A DNA stretch of 63,102 nt, filler included, from Cercozoa sp. M6MM (Eukaryota; Protista; Endomyxa: Ascetosporea), in the NCBI GenBank assembly GCA_040357565.1. It is 11 parts of 11 records of this genome, joined end to end, with 100 filler letters (N's around TTAATTAATTAA, not from the genome) between each part and the next. Parts side by side here need not be neighbours in the genome. Positions count along the whole stretch, not along the records: positions 8,695 to 14,668 come from JBDODJ010000818.1; positions 14,769 to 18,243 come from JBDODJ010001437.1; positions 18,344 to 37,281 come from JBDODJ010000221.1; 8 more parts are not named here. The stretch is one strand, 5' to 3'. Under the pieces are notes generated by a model. It did not search any database. It was not told the origin of the DNA and was given only the letters and a program-made list of their open reading frames with translations. Shown here in pieces: positions 12,375-26,238 of the stretch. Numbering within the stretch: the first letter of the stretch is position 1; each line of letters opens with the position of its first letter. Made by a program: the position numbers and the translations under genes.

Positions 12375-14615
12375 TCAATCGCTAGCGTCGCTGTCGCTCT
12401 CAGAATCATAATCGGAGTACTCCTCTACAAGACACACCAGCCAAATTGGTAAAACGAGTTGATGAGCTCGCGGGCGTTTGATACCATAACCGTCACTTTC
12501 GCTGTCGGTGCCACTGTCAGTGCCACTGTCGCGGTACTGTGCCTCGTCCTGTCGTACAAACAGTCGATCAAGCACAGGCAAGCTTACATACAGACACATG
12601 TCCGCACCTCAGTAGCCTCGGAGTCCGATGCCTGCTTCTTGGCCTTCTTAGCCTTCTTAGCCTTCATACCCTTTTTGGCAGTAGAAGAAACAGATGTTGA
12701 TGATGCCGACGACTCAACAACAAGCTCACCTGTTTCCAAATGCATACAGTAGGATGACGTGATGAAACAAAGCGAGTTAAATTCACCAGTGGCAGCGAAA
12801 TGCTTCTTGGCCTCCTGTTGAAGTTCCTTAAACTCGACCGCAGATCTACATTAATGTAGATTTAAACATAGTGTAGGGTTGTGTTTGTGCTCATGTTATA
12901 CCTCGCGTTCTCAGCGGTTGCGATGGCAGAGTACTTCTTCATCGTCTCGACGTCTGTCTTTAGCGTCTACACACAGGAAAGTAGGTCTCACACCTGCGAA
13001 ACTCAGCAATCAAACCAACACGCTTACCTTCCACTGATCGGCAGCTTGCTTAAAGACGTTCTTGGTGACGCCCTGTCGCATAATTACATCTTGATCGATC
13101 GAATTGTGCGGAAAAGAACTAAACACACCTGCTTCTTCAACTCAGCAGTGCGCTCGCGCATGAAGACGTTGTCTGAAGAATGGGAAGGGAATAGACAACG
13201 AGAATAAGCAAAATGTGGCAAAACGTACATGCATTGAGCTTGCTCGGGGTCGCGCGCTTGCTTTTGCCGCTGAGCGCAGCCTTACGCGCAACTCGAACCT
13301 GCTTCTGGAGCTGGTGGATCTATGAACAAACATGCGTAAAACATATCCTATGGTACTTCATCTCAAACGTCCTTCCTACCTCAAGCTTCGTGTCGCGGTA
13401 CTTCTTTTGCTCCTTAGTCAAGTCATTCTACGCAAACTCTATGAAATCCACATAAAATTATAAATCAAGACATACGATAGCAGCCTCGTACGCCTCTTTG
13501 GAGACACGAGCCTTCTCAGCCCACGGAGCCTTGTCCTACGACACGGCGATCAGAATTATACAGTTAGAAACAGCACACATACCTCTTCAGAGAGCTTGTT
13601 CCACAGCTCGCCCACCTTCTTCAGCTGCTGACCTACAAGAATCACACATCGCTCCGCGAACGGCAAGCATAGAAGATCAAACGCACCGCCTTTAAGGTCC
13701 GGAAACTGCTCCTTGACGGAAGCACGCATCGCAGCACAATACAAAATGTACGGACCCTTAGGCAGCTTGGCTGCTGCTTCAGGAATCTCCACCTAACAAG
13801 CGGAAATAAAGGTGCCATGGTGAATTAAAGAGCAAACCAACCTCTTCCATTGCCTCAAACTTCTGCTCCAAGCGGCGTAACTTTTTCTATTCAAGCAAAT
13901 ACCGAAAGAACATAAGCAACGCAAGAATCTGAGGTGCTCAGCTTCATTACCTCCAATTGGAACAGCTTTATGCATTCAACCGACAGGAAGCCGCCATTTT
14001 GCAAGTGCATGCCGGCCTGGCCGGCTACCAGACATGCGCACATAAAACAACACGTTTACCAAACAGGTAAAAGGCAACTATACGCTTGCCCGTCTTGGCC
14101 TTCTTCTTCGCTGGCTCAGATTCATCGTCAGAAGCTATGAGTACACAAACCGATCATCAAGTACTCACAGAAGTACGAACACCACATATACACCACCAGC
14201 ATCGGAAGCCACAATGCCGGCCTTGGCGTTTCGCTTCAACAAGCGCTTTTTCTTTCTGAGCGACTCCAATTTCTCAAGTTTCTTCCTACGCAAAAATCGT
14301 GAAACTCCAGACTAGAAACATGGCCAAATCGTACTTATCTTCGGCTGCAAGATTCTTCTTGGCTTCAATCGCCGCCTTCTTGGCTTCGGCGGCCTTTTCC
14401 TGAACAAACACGGTGCAACTCGCAAGACAAGATACCGAAAAGCCCAGTACCACCCACGGCTTGCGCGCATCAGCATCAAGTCCGTTCCAAATATCACTGA
14501 TTTGCTTCGTGGCCTGTGTGCGGCATCAATACGAACGATAGAACACAAACCTCTAACAAAGCGATTTCACAACGTACCTGCTGTGGCTTCAGCTTTTCAT
14601 TGTTTTCTTTCGCCT
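12375..14615 (-). CDS. HMG-box protein (two boxes, acidic tail), 5' truncated
   Basis: PKGPYILYCAAMRASVKEQFPDLKGGQQLKKVGELWNKLSEEDKAPWAEKA; second box ...NVFMRERTAELKKQ...VFKQAADQWK; D/S/E-rich C-terminus. Confidence 0.85.
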
Positions 14616-14616
14616 G

Positions 14617-14668
<52 letters not shown>

Positions 14669-14790
14669 NNNNNNNNNNNNNNNNNNNNNNNNNNNNNNNN
14701 NNNNNNNNNNNNTTAATTAATTAANNNNNNNNNNNNNNNNNNNNNNNNNNNNNNNNNNNNNNNNNNNNCCCCCCCCCCTCCGCCCCACCA

Positions 14791-15585
14791 GGTACGACAC
14801 ACAGTGCCTGGCGTAGCCTATGGGTTTTCGGAACGACGAAAGAAACTCAAGGCCGAATACGCTCACTTGAGTGGTCCCGAGATCGCCGAGTTGCGACTGA
14901 GTGGTCTCCCATCAACATAGTGAAAGCCGGGGGTATGAGTATAATGTGTCCTATCTCTGTGAGCAGGCACTGTGGTGCAGGACGATGTCGATATCCCTCT
15001 TTTTTTGTATACGTGCGTTGGCTAATACTATTTTCTTTACATGCACCCACACCGTCTCTCCACAGGGGCGACTCGAGTATCGAGATCCTCACTGCCGACG
15101 AAGAACAACAACAACGCATTTTGAGCTACCCGGTAAGTGACACGAGCTTTGACTGGTGTTCGTTTAGAAGTGAGGTTCGTGTTTGCTTTGGTCAGGTCGT
15201 TATCACGGAGTGCACCTTCCTGGAAGACGAGCTGCTTGACTGGCACGTTGTTTTTTCTGTTATGTCACAGGACTCATTGGTGCGGGCTTCTTCAGGGCCC
15301 AGGATGCTGGGCACATTTGCTGGTGTGAATTGGCGCCTTTCGTCAAACAGAACCCGCACACCGTGTATTCCGACCTCCCTGCTTTTGTGTTTAGTTCAAT
15401 TTGTGCCTCCTGTACAAAACAGCTTCGTGCTGGTGCACTTCTCGTTGCGATACACTCGCTCGCAGATTCGCGAGTTCTTGTACCTTCCTTTCAGCTTGCG
15501 TCTCTCATGCTCCTTTACATGCACTGTGATCAGCGACAACCTGCCTGGCGGACTGCCCCACAATGTAGTCCTGTGGGCTGATTAA
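14791..15585 (+). CDS. tRNase Z (short, TM-type) metallo-beta-lactamase, 5' truncated
   Basis: HTVPGVAYGF-RRKKLKAEYAHLSGPEIAELR exosite, GDS, VITECTFLED, GHICW, VLVHFSLRY. Confidence 0.85.
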   Translation, partial: GTTHSAWRSLWVFGTTKETQGRIRSLEWSRDRRVATEWSPINIVKAGGMSIMCPISVSRHCGAGRCRYPSFFVYVRWLILFSLHAPTPSLHRGDSSIEILTADEEQQQRILSYPVSDTSFDWCSFRSEVRVCFGQVVITECTFLEDELLDWHVVFSVMSQDSLVRASSGPRMLGTFAGVNWRLSSNRTRTPCIPTSLLLCLVQFVPPVQNSFVLVHFSLRYTRSQIREFLYLPFSLRLSCSFTCTVISDNLPGGLPHNVVLWAD

Positions 15586-15878
15586 TGGATTCAGAATGGC
15601 CACAGACGGTTTGAGTGTCCTAACTGTCCTAGAGCGTCGTGTTTGCGTACTAAAACTAATTAAGCTAGTATATGTCGAGCAAAAACGCTCTAAAAACACA
15701 GGTTTCCCTTGGTTTCGAAAATTGAGCCGATGAAGTTTCGACTCGCATGAGCCAAAGAGTTTTCGGCAGGTTTGACGCTCTAGACAGATCAGCACGTGTG
15801 CTGTTGGCACATAGTTGGCGCTAAGACGCGGCAATTTAGATTCTGGAGTGTATATTGGGAACTTTGGGTTCTGTTGAA

Positions 15879-17536
15879 GATGGCCCAAGCAGCGCGCAAG
15901 CTGCAGCGAGAAATTGAGACAGTACTCAAAAAGGTCGACGATGGCATCGTTGAATTCGAGCGACTTTGGGATAAGGTGCTTATTTTCATTGAATAACTCA
16001 ATTTTTTGTTTTTGAGATTGAAATTTGAGCGCGAAACAAAAACACTGCCTGCGCAGGTCTACTCGGCCGACACAGCGTCGCAGAAGGAAAAGTACGAAGG
16101 CGAACTTAAAGGGCAGATTAAGAAGCTGCAGAGATTACGCGAAAGTGTCAAGAACTGGGTGTCACAGGGCGCTGTTCGTGACCCGCACAGGTTACAGGTA
16201 ACGCCTGCTTCAGTTGCTTTGATCTGACATATCCGTTTGTTCCTCGAATGAAACAGGAGGCACGACACCGTGTCGAACAGTGCATGGAGCGGTTCAAGGT
16301 GTGCGAACGCGAGACCAAGCTGAAGGAGTACAGCAAGGAGGCACTTAACGCCTACCGAAAGAAGGACCCGCTGGATGCGCGCAAGTACAAGGCCAAGGAG
16401 TGGATCGATCGGTACCGACACACGTTGGAGGACCAGCTTGAGGAGTATGAGGACGAGTTGTCGTCGCTCATGGGTCGCGCCGGCCGACGAAGGCAGGCCA
16501 AGCAGGAGCGAGTCGAGGAGCTTGAGCACTGGGTACGACTGGCAGATGTTACTCTCGTACCCTCGACCCCCCCCCCCTACCTCCCTGGTTTTGACAGGTG
16601 GAGCGACACAGGTACCACATCTCGTCGCTTAAGAAGCTGTGGAACCGTCTGCGCAAGAACGCGGCCGATCTCGACGTGGTCGAGTCGCTTGAGGAGGAGG
16701 TCGAATACTACGTCGAGCAGCACCAGGACGAGGATTTCTACGAGGACGAGGCGCTCTACGACCGCTTAGATGAGGTGCTCTACCCCTTCACTCCTAACCT
16801 CCACACCCCTTTACCCCCCCCCCCCCTCTTCCCGCACAGGAGGATTTGATTCCAAACGAAGACGACTCGGTCGACGTGGACGAACTCGACGAGGAAATCG
16901 TCGAGAAACTCGGTCTCACCAAGGAACGGGAATTGGTGCCTTCTTCCTTCTTTATATGTACTGGGTTATGTGTATATGTATATGTCTGTATATGTATATG
17001 TATGTATGTATATGTGTATGTATGTATATGTCTGTATATGTATATGTACAAGTACATGTCTACATGTGTGCATATATGCATGTGTACATGCGTGCAGAAG
17101 GAGCAGCAGGAACAGGAAGCGGCCGAAGCTGCCGAGCGCGAGAAACTAGAGGTACGTGTGACCCTTCCCCTGACCCTTTTCCTGGCCCTTTCCTGACCTT
17201 TCCTCTGACCCTTCCCCTGGTTGTGGACCGACTGACCTCACTTAGCAGAGGGAACGCTTGGAGCGCGAACGACGCGAAAAGGAACGAAAAGAACGCGAAG
17301 AAGCCGAGCGACTCGAACGCGAACGACTGGTGAATTTTCTTTGTGTTTGCCGTATTTGTTCGTGCTGTGCTTTGTCCGCGCGGAGGCCTGCTAACCCGCT
17401 GTCGGTCTGCTTGTGCAGGAGAAGGAGAGGGAGGAGCGTCGGCAAGCCGAAGAGAAAAAAGCGGTTTTGCGAAAACAAAAGCAGCACAGCGCGCCGACCG
17501 TACTGCCTTGCCACTTTGTGTTGTGTATACGTAGAC

Positions 17537-17585
<49 letters not shown>

Positions 17586-18230
17586 GCATGGTATCTGGTA
17601 TGATATATGGTATGGTATGGCGGTGGTACGGTATGGTGTGCTATGGTGTGTATGTCCGTTGAGCAGACGCCAGTTCCCAGGCCGGCGGTTTCTTTCGCCG
17701 CCGTTATCAATCAGCAGAAACGTCGCACGCCCAAGCAGTCACCTGTAGCCTGTCTGACCCCCCCCCCCCCCCCACACATCCTCCTTTACCCCCTCCTTAC
17801 CCCCTCCATACAGATGCAGAGTCCAGTACCACAAGCAGAGCACCCAAAACTCGAACAACCACAGTCACAACAACAACAACAACAGCAGCAGCAGCAGCAG
17901 CAACAACCACCAGTACAGGTGCAGCAGTACCCTCCACAGCCGCAGTATCACCCTCACTACCAACAACAACCACAACCACAACAACAACAGCAACAGCAAC
18001 AGCAACAGCAACAACAAAATGGTCCGCAAGTGGACCAGATGCAGCAGAAACTGCGCGAGGAACAGCGACATCGACAGCTCCTGCTACAGCAGAAGGTCGC
18101 GCACGAGGTAGGCCGTTTCTTGCTTTTTACCTTTTTACCCCCTCTGACCTCCCCCGCCCCGCAGGAACGGCAACGACTGTCGCAGTTGCAACAACAGTCA
18201 AGGCAACAACTGGGCCCACATGGACAAGGT
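15879..18230 (+). CDS. CNOT3: CCR4-NOT subunit NOT3/NOT5, 3' truncated
   Basis: MAQAARKLQREIETVLKKVDDG...QKEKYEGELKGQIKKLQRLRE...MERFKVCERETKLKEYSKEAL; 11 donors traced in frame; poly-Q region. Confidence 0.95.
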
Positions 18231-18346
18231 ACTTGTCTTCTTTNNNNNNNNNNNNNNNNNNNNNNNNNNNNNNNNNNNNNNNNNNNNTTAATTAATTAAN
18301 NNNNNNNNNNNNNNNNNNNNNNNNNNNNNNNNNNNNNNNNNNNAAA

Positions 18347-19512
18347 CCTCGCGGTAGGCGCCACAGGCGTTGGACCGCATCTGGTGATCGAAGTGATCAG
18401 CGCGCGTGAAGATCTCCAGCAGCATCGGGATCAGTCGCTCGGCCACCGGCGGCAGTTCTTCCGCCGACAGGTTCGACAGCATCTCGCGCATCGCCCTTAG
18501 TGCACCTAAGGTGGGGGTAAGGGTGGTAAAGCTAAGGAAACACACTAACATACCACGAGCAACGCCCACACTGTCGGCTTGCATCACGAGTTTCATCAGA
18601 CGGCCTAGCAGGTCGGGCCACCTACAGAGACACATGCAATAAATACAACACATACATACATATATATATAGATAGATTTTATATATGCATATAGGGGCAC
18701 TACTCTTGCGGGTAGTCTTGATCGGCAACTTCGCCAACACAAGTGGCCTGAACAAAAAGCGAAAATTGAGCACAACAGATCCGCCCTAACTGACAGTAGC
18801 AGCGCTATACAGCCATGTCCTGCAGCTGGTAGTCATCGTGGCCACGCAGCAAGGCCGGCTGAAGCAACAGCTCGCGCACAGCGTGCTTGTCCTCGGCCGA
18901 CAGACAGTACTAAGTTACACAAGAGTGTCAGCACACATCACAGGATGCTCACAACGCTACCCGCAAAGCGGCGGCGTACTCCGGATCAGCATCATCCTCC
19001 GGCTCCTCACCTGTCCAGTTTTCGGTTTAGAATCCAGTTAAAGTCCAGTTCAGTCAGGTGAAACAGCGCCATAATCAGCAAATATACTGTTCCAGTGCGA
19101 TTTGATCGTGTTCTTAAACTGCGTGGCCGCTGTGGCACACAAGGGATCGTAAGACAAAGTAATCCTTCTTTTTTATTCCTTCTTTTTTGCAGGCACGCCA
19201 GACCGCCGAAAAATTACCCGACAGAAGAAGCGAGCGATCGATGGACGAGTCACACAGGATGGCGCCAAGAACCTAAAACCGACCAAAATTAGCGAAAATT
19301 GGGCACTTTGACGCGTGCAGCCAGTGTGGCTACCTGAACGTAGCCAGGCTGAAGACGGGCGCGCATCAGCGATTTCGTCGCCTCCTTCTGTTGCGCGCCG
19401 TCGAGCGACATCTACACACAAAAGCATCTTTAACCACAAAACAAAACCTTTGGTTGACAGCGAGTGAGGCTACCTGCAACAGCTGCACAACCTCCGCCTT
19501 GGCCTGCTCCAT
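18347..19512 (-). CDS. IPO9: Importin-9-like karyopherin N-terminal part, 3' truncated
   Basis: MEQAKAEVVQLLQ...AATQFKNTIKSHW...EDKHAVRELL...DYPQEWPDLLGRLM...GALRAMREML...LPPVAERLIPMLLEIF. Confidence 0.8.
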
Positions 19513-20282
19513 TTTGTGTTCTCTGTTTTCTGCTTGACCAAAAACCCAAACGAGACGCCACCGGTGTTTCGCACGACACGCGTGTGATCCCTAGACCGTG
19601 TGTACAGTGCACACACAATCACGACCCCAAGTACGCACGCAGACGGTCGAGCCAGTGTCGAACCATTACTCTTATTTTTTGTGGCAGCGCTCCAGTTGAG
19701 TTTGCGGTTTTCTGTTCCAAGCGTGTTTTTAGCCAGCTCTAGCGTGTGCCGTTCCAATATAATTTATTTTAGTGCTAATTTAACTCCAGTAAATCCACAC
19801 CCAAAGCTGCAAGAGTGGGTTGGGCTGAACCGAACAGCACGGATGTCGCAGCTTGCTGTAGTGTGCTAAACAAGTACAAATAGTGCACACGAGGGCGGGC
19901 AGAGGCAGCTTGATTGTGCTTGTACACAACTTTTTTGGTGGTGATGTCATGACTGGATGAGACTGTATGCGTCGATGGAATGTACCGATGCGCACGTGCT
20001 GTCCACGTGCGAGATTTAAACTCCGAATTGTCCAACAAAAAATTCTACTCAACTGATTCTTCTGCCCATGCCCCCCAGGGTAAAAGGACAGTATTTGCCA
20101 GGTGTATTTTTTAGTTTCAGTTGAAGAAGAAATTATAAAGATAAACAGAAATTAAAGCGTAAAATTGTATTAGGAGCAAAAGGATAAAGCCAGTATGTTA
20201 TGTTTGTTGAATGAATACCGGTGCGTTGTACGCGCAGCACCGCGTTCAGCAGTTCGTACTGCATGCATGTAAACTAAAATGT

Positions 20283-20333
<51 letters not shown>

Positions 20334-20343
20334 NNNNNNNNNN

Positions 20344-20392
<49 letters not shown>

Positions 20393-20498
20393 TGTGTGTG
20401 TGTCCAGGCTAGAGGTACTGTACCAGCATGAGCGGGTAGTCGATGTCGGAGAAACCAAGTCCCCTACCCCAGAACAAATATTCTTCACACAGCGTACT

Positions 20499-23400
20499 CT
20501 AAACGTCTCGTCTATACCACTGCCGAATCGTGTCGATATTAACGTCCCGCTTGAGTAGGATAGCCTGAAGCACCTCGATGACTATGCCAGGCAAGTCGCT
20601 CTGCAACAACGTTGTTGCCAGTTCCAGCAAGACATTCTGACGCAGCGTAATGCGATGCGCCAGTTGCTGCCACCAGCGTTGCGTGCATGGCATGAACAGA
20701 GGCGCAGCTGGAGGCTGTGGTTCTTGTAGCATCTTGGCGACGTCTCGTGTGATCAAAGTCACGAGTTTCTTCTGCTCACATACCGCGCGGAAGCCTGTAG
20801 CATAACTAATACTATTGACTCAAGAAATACCAGGAAGTCGAAACAGCAGCCGGCGTCTTCTGTAAGTTCACTCAATATTGTTTCTGCGTCGGCTCCTGCA
20901 GTAAATACAGGAAGCATCGGAGTTTGTGACTTCAAACACGGCCCGATCATGAAACCACGTTTGTCACGACTTACCTGGCGCAATCAACTGCACCCATATG
21001 TATGCAATGCTGGTTATTGGTGCTGACAAATAAAGAGTACCTCCTCCAACTTGTCGAGCATTCTGACGATGCACTGTGCCTGTGCTCGATCAACAGTTGC
21101 GACCCAACAGATTCAGTTGAGATAGCAAGATGCAAGTATCCCAAACTACAATTTACCGTTTTTATTCCTTCGATGTTCCGACCTGCAGAATTGGACACAC
21201 AGTGTGATACTGTTATAGGAGGTGCAGAGAAACTTACGGAGCAGCACGTCGGCAAGCAGGCTCTTCCACGACCCATCTGGCCAGACTGATCACAAACGGG
21301 ATTCACACGCTAAGTCGAAAAAGAAGTAGGTGTACGCTGGACTTGCATGGCAGGCACGTGTTGACCAAGCACGGCAAAGAAGTCGTTCTGGCAGCCAGTT
21401 CATACATTTACATTGGCAGTTCAGTTGGTGGGAAGTAAAATACAGGTGAGTTATATACCCAAGCCACGTGAGACGACACCTGTTGTCGCAGCAGTTGGAG
21501 CAACCGACCGACAATTTCTCGTTGTGCGGCCGCTTTGTCCGTCGAATCTTGCATTCCGCACACAGCTGAACTCAAGCAGAAAGGCGCTATTTGACTGTAC
21601 TCAGATCTAGAGCAACCAAGGAACCTTCGAGCAAGTCGGCAACGCTGCGGAGACGCGGCTCAACAAAGTTGAGCAACAGTCCTCTGGGGAAGGTACAAGA
21701 CAATCCAAAGAGCAACTGAAGGCATAGGGACAACTGACTGTGCGCCTTTCAGTGAACCGGACAGTTCCGTCAGCACTGGTCGGAGTGATTCCAGCATATC
21801 AGCCACCTGGACAAAAAAGGGGAAGTGCTACTGTTCTTACAGTACCGAGAGTGCATGGAAAACTACCTCTGTGATGATTCGAGGAACCACTCCGCAGCTG
21901 ATAACGCGCTGTCCTCCTGCCGCTGTTAGCATTTTAAAAGGGCTAAATTTACAAGTGGTTGGGCTAGTACCTCGCAACAGTCTCGACAAGTTGTTTAGGT
22001 GAACAAGGAACGCGTGCTGTCCTTGCATAACTTGGTCGGTGAAATTCGAGAGTTCTGCTAAACCCGTCATCCTATAAAATCAATAAAGGTAAATGACATG
22101 GTGTGAAAAAAAGGAAATGAAAATATTATGATTATCACTGCCATTTTAGCACTACATTTTTAATGTATTACGATTTTTACCATGTCATATACGTTGCCGT
22201 TGTTCTGACCGCCCAGGCACCGGTAGAGCTGAGCAATTTCCAACGTCTCAGCATATAGAAACTTATATATAAAGGCAAGGAACCGGCTTTGGAGAGCACG
22301 TGTGACCGCGTCGATACTGTCGGCAGCGCGTAAAAGCGTGGTCTGCACCGTCTCGCGGTCGCCCTAATGTACCAGTGCAGTGCATTAAGATATCTAAAGC
22401 AGCGCGTACCCTATGCAATGTAAACTACGAGTCAGTTTACCTGTTGAGTCCAAATCTGCTTCAGTTCGTGGAAAGCCTCCTTGTACTGCGGTCCCAGGAG
22501 GTACAGGATCCACTGCAGCCACTTGAGTTGCTCAGTTTGCTCTTTCTGTGTGCCCTCCCCTGTGCGTGGACAGTTAATTATGCTATAACCTCCCACCAAA
22601 CAAACGAAACTGTCAGTGGGCAGCAATTGAACTCACAGTTGATGCCGGCCAGCAGTTGCCCTGCGTCTTCCACCACACTGCAAACAATGCACACATACAA
22701 ATCCTCTCGCTTGTGTAGCACCCAATCGATACAGAAACACAGCATATGCGGTCACGAGTTGCGCCCAGGTGTCCGGGTGGATCTAAACAAGTACCAGAAA
22801 ATAAAGTAAATTGACTGAAGTAAATTATCAACTGACAGGGTAGCTTTACCAGTTCGTGTAGGAGAGCACGGTCGTCTGGAGTCTCCTGTGCCAGTTCTTG
22901 CAACCGTTGCAACACTGCGTTCGGTGGTCTTGGTGTCGGCGAAGGCACTGTGTCCTACAGTTGCAGATTGTTTAAGTCAACTAATATATTTGGTTGACGG
23001 GAACTGGTACCACAGCAACCACTCGAACAAGAACAGGAGCTTGTGGGGTCTCCTGACCTCTTGATAAGGCCTCGGCATGAACACGGGCATGTGTTTTTGA
23101 CTCTGGCGGCAGCAGCTCAAACAGCACCATCACCAGCACTTCATAGGGATGGTGAGCCGGTGGTGTACGTTCGTCCTCTCGGGCGTCACTTTCGGTACCC
23201 ACATGGACTTGGTACACTGTGTGTGGCTACAGCAAATGCACTCTCAAGTAGACACCCAAGTTTACTGTACAGCTAGGAGGGTATTATACCAGGGGTTCGT
23301 TGGAGAGACCAGTCAGCACACGGATGATGGTGGAACTGGTCTGCATTCCAATCATAATTTAATTCCTTTCGGTTCCAAAAAGAAGAAAATCACCAGCTTG

Positions 23401-25324
23401 CTGAACTCGTGCAGGTCGGTGAGGGTCTTTGCACTACCAATCGCGAGCAACCCTTGTCCCGGTAGAGCTGCATGGCTGATGTCGCTACTGGCCGACAACG
23501 CCGACACCACTGCGTCCAAATGTGTCGTAGAAGGAGTATTCAGATAAGGCCAAGTTCTTGGAGGACGCTCTTACCACGACGCAAAACTGTCGCTTTGTCT
23601 GGCAGTGGAAGTGCATCACATTGGCGACGTAGTGCTTCTAATTTCTACAAGTCGTGTATGTACATTCATACATAAACAGTTTAAATTCTGACAATCTAAT
23701 GTCTTGTCCCGTACCTCAAAGACTTCGTTCTCCCATTTCCCGCTGCATCGATTAAAGTACCTCGTCATCTGCCCAGATTAATCACGGTACAACACACGGG
23801 AAGAGAGGGAGGGTAGAACCAAACAGTTAATTTACTCCAACACAGGCGCGGTCGGGAATGCCGAACAACGAGCACAATGTCGTCAGCACAAAAAGCTACA
23901 GTATTTATAGAAGAGACACTAGTACAGTACTAGCACCGCCCTCACGGACAGAGTGGGTACCTGGCGGTAGTTGTCTTTTCCGGTTCTTTGGAGGTTTGTA
24001 GTCAGTTCGCTGTGATGGTTTCCTGCCAGCACAGCCCTCGCTACTTCAAGCAGTCGAGGGTACTGGTCGTCGCCAAGCTCTGTACAGCATCGGTATCACT
24101 CCGCCCGATCACAGTAGCTTGTACTGTGAATGCTACAGGCAGGAGAGTGTGATGTACCTGTCGGAGGAAACACGTCTGCAGCTGTGACGTCTCTGTGTAC
24201 TGGAACAGACGGCCACGTGCTCCCAACTGGAGTAAATTTACACTGCGGCCATCCGCATCCTGTCGCCTCAGAAAAAGTTAGAAATGTACGAATTCATAAT
24301 GACATAGCATGTCTCAAAATGGAACATACGTGGCGGTGCCTCAGCAGTAGCAGCAGGCGGGGGTACCTCATAGCACGGCGTAGCACACTGCCGCATCCGT
24401 GTCAGCAGTGCGCAGTCGTTCGTGGCATTGGAACACTGACTTGGCGGCTGTCCCGAGAACAGAAGCAGCGAGACCGGGTCAAGGACGACTCCCACGCCGG
24501 AACTGGTGATGTAGGCCTCCCGTTCCACCAGGTACTGCTGCATCCGATGACGAAGGTTCGGTCCGGGTGACCCGCCTGTGTCAAAGCTGCCAGACACGAG
24601 TTTACAGTAGTTACTGTATAATCTGGCACCCCTTGTGGTTCTTTGTCAATGTAGCGTTACATCATCCAGGAGGCAAGCGACACGAGAGCCGACTCGGCCA
24701 TGTGGTCGTACTCGAGACGCAGGTCGTCCATCGTGAGTCCATGCCGCGATCTTCCTGCTTGCTGCAACAGCCAACGAACGGCGTGCGCGTCGCGGAAGTG
24801 ATGCGCCATCAGACCGCTGTTGATGTGCTTGGTCAAATTCACGGCACTCAGGCATGCGTAGAGACTGTCCACTACAGGGGGGGGGGGGGAGTCGAGTCAC
24901 ACCGACTAAAACGCTTTTGCCTTGCGTTGTATTAGTTACCACAAGCAGGACTCAGGCCGGACAGAATGCCAATGGTTTTGTAGTCGACCTGCCGTGGCAG
25001 CGTGCGCATCAGAAGTGTCGCCCACTGCGCCACGGCCACTGGGTCGATGCCATAGTGCTCGGGCTGCACATATAAAATATACTATGAGTTGATAGACCAA
25101 CCAGGATTTCGCAAAGAAAAACCAAGGCGGTACAAACTTACAAGAACAATGCCGATAGGGTTCGTGAAGCAGTGCGGGTGCTCACTCAAGAACTGGGATA
25201 CGTTTTGTCGTAGTTTGGAGGAATAAGCCTCTATTTCGTCAAGGACTTTCTTGTCCTCAGCACTCGCGATAACGCCGACACTGAGTGTCACTAACAGCAG
25301 ACTCAAAACCGTGAGTGGCAGCAT
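20499..25324 (-). CDS. Large multi-exon hypothetical protein with N-terminal signal peptide (possibly more than one gene; 3' end uncertain)
   Basis: MLPLTVLSLLLVTLSVGVIASAEDKK followed by many GT-AG bounded helical-looking exons. Confidence 0.55.
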
Positions 25325-25660
25325 GCGTTCGCGTTGGGTCGGAGATTCTCCTCACTAGGCAGACTCAGTTTAGCGAGTGTAAGACCGAAGAGACAGAGTC
25401 GAAGTTTACGTTAGACTGGCAGCTGAAATGAGTCTACGGATCGCAGTCGTGTCCGAGGCTGCATCGTCTCCACGTAGCCCCGCGCCTTCCGCCGAATGAT
25501 CGACAGTGAACGCTGCAGCTGAGCCCGACAGTCGAGTATTCGAATGCGGCCGAGCACTCAGCGACTGAACTGAATCGAATTCTGGCATGCTGTACCAAAA
25601 TGAAACTGAAGAATTGAACTAAACTACTGTAGAACGGGGACTTTACACTGTAGCATGCTA

Positions 25661-26238
25661 GTTGAGTCTTCTAGGAAACCCTGCACCAGCCGGGTGGGTC
25701 ACAAGAGCATCCATGTCTACCGCCCGCATCGGGTAGGACCATAACTTACAATTCCCCTTTTTACGTTCCCTAGACAACGAAGTCGACTTCATGGTCGGTG
25801 CAGGTACCGGGCTACGTAAACTTAGAGAGGCTTCGCAGGCAGGGTCGGGTCATCCCGTCGTCGTCTTCTTGTCCCTCCACTTGATAGACTAAACAAAACA
25901 AACAAACGGACATCGACTTGGGGCCACCACTGCTATGCAACGCGTTGGCGATTCTCATTGCCAAATCTCAGTCTTCCATTGAGTGACTTACCGCGAGGCT
26001 GCCGTCAGTTGCGTGTACTTGTTGTAACTCTGCTCTGTTCGAGAGATCACGTAGTTATTTTAGAGTCCTTGTGCTTGTGGTGCTCAGTATCTGTCTTCTG
26101 TATAGCTCATAAATTCTCTGGGTCGGTCGTTTTGATGATCCTGCCGAGGACCTTTCTTCTTTGTGGTATTTCACCCAGTTCGGCGTCGGTGATTTTGCGG
26201 TTAGTGGCGTTTTTCGGCTTCTTGCGCGTCAGGTCGGT
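25661..26238 (-). mobile_element. Family A RTE-like LINE, 578-bp 5'-truncated copy with decayed ORF2 C-terminus
   Basis: 8-bp direct repeat GCATGCTA at 25653-25660 and 26239-26246. The ~270-bp 3' part aligns with 44713-44979. Translation includes NATNRKI...QRRKVLGRIIK...ED*DLAMRIANALHSSGG. Confidence 0.8.

Noticed and set aside
25915-25940. GCAGTGGTGGCCCCAAG as a tRNA A-box making family A a tRNA-SINE
   Set aside because: No B-box is evident, and the TSD-bounded copy extends ~300 bp further upstream into ORF-like sequence
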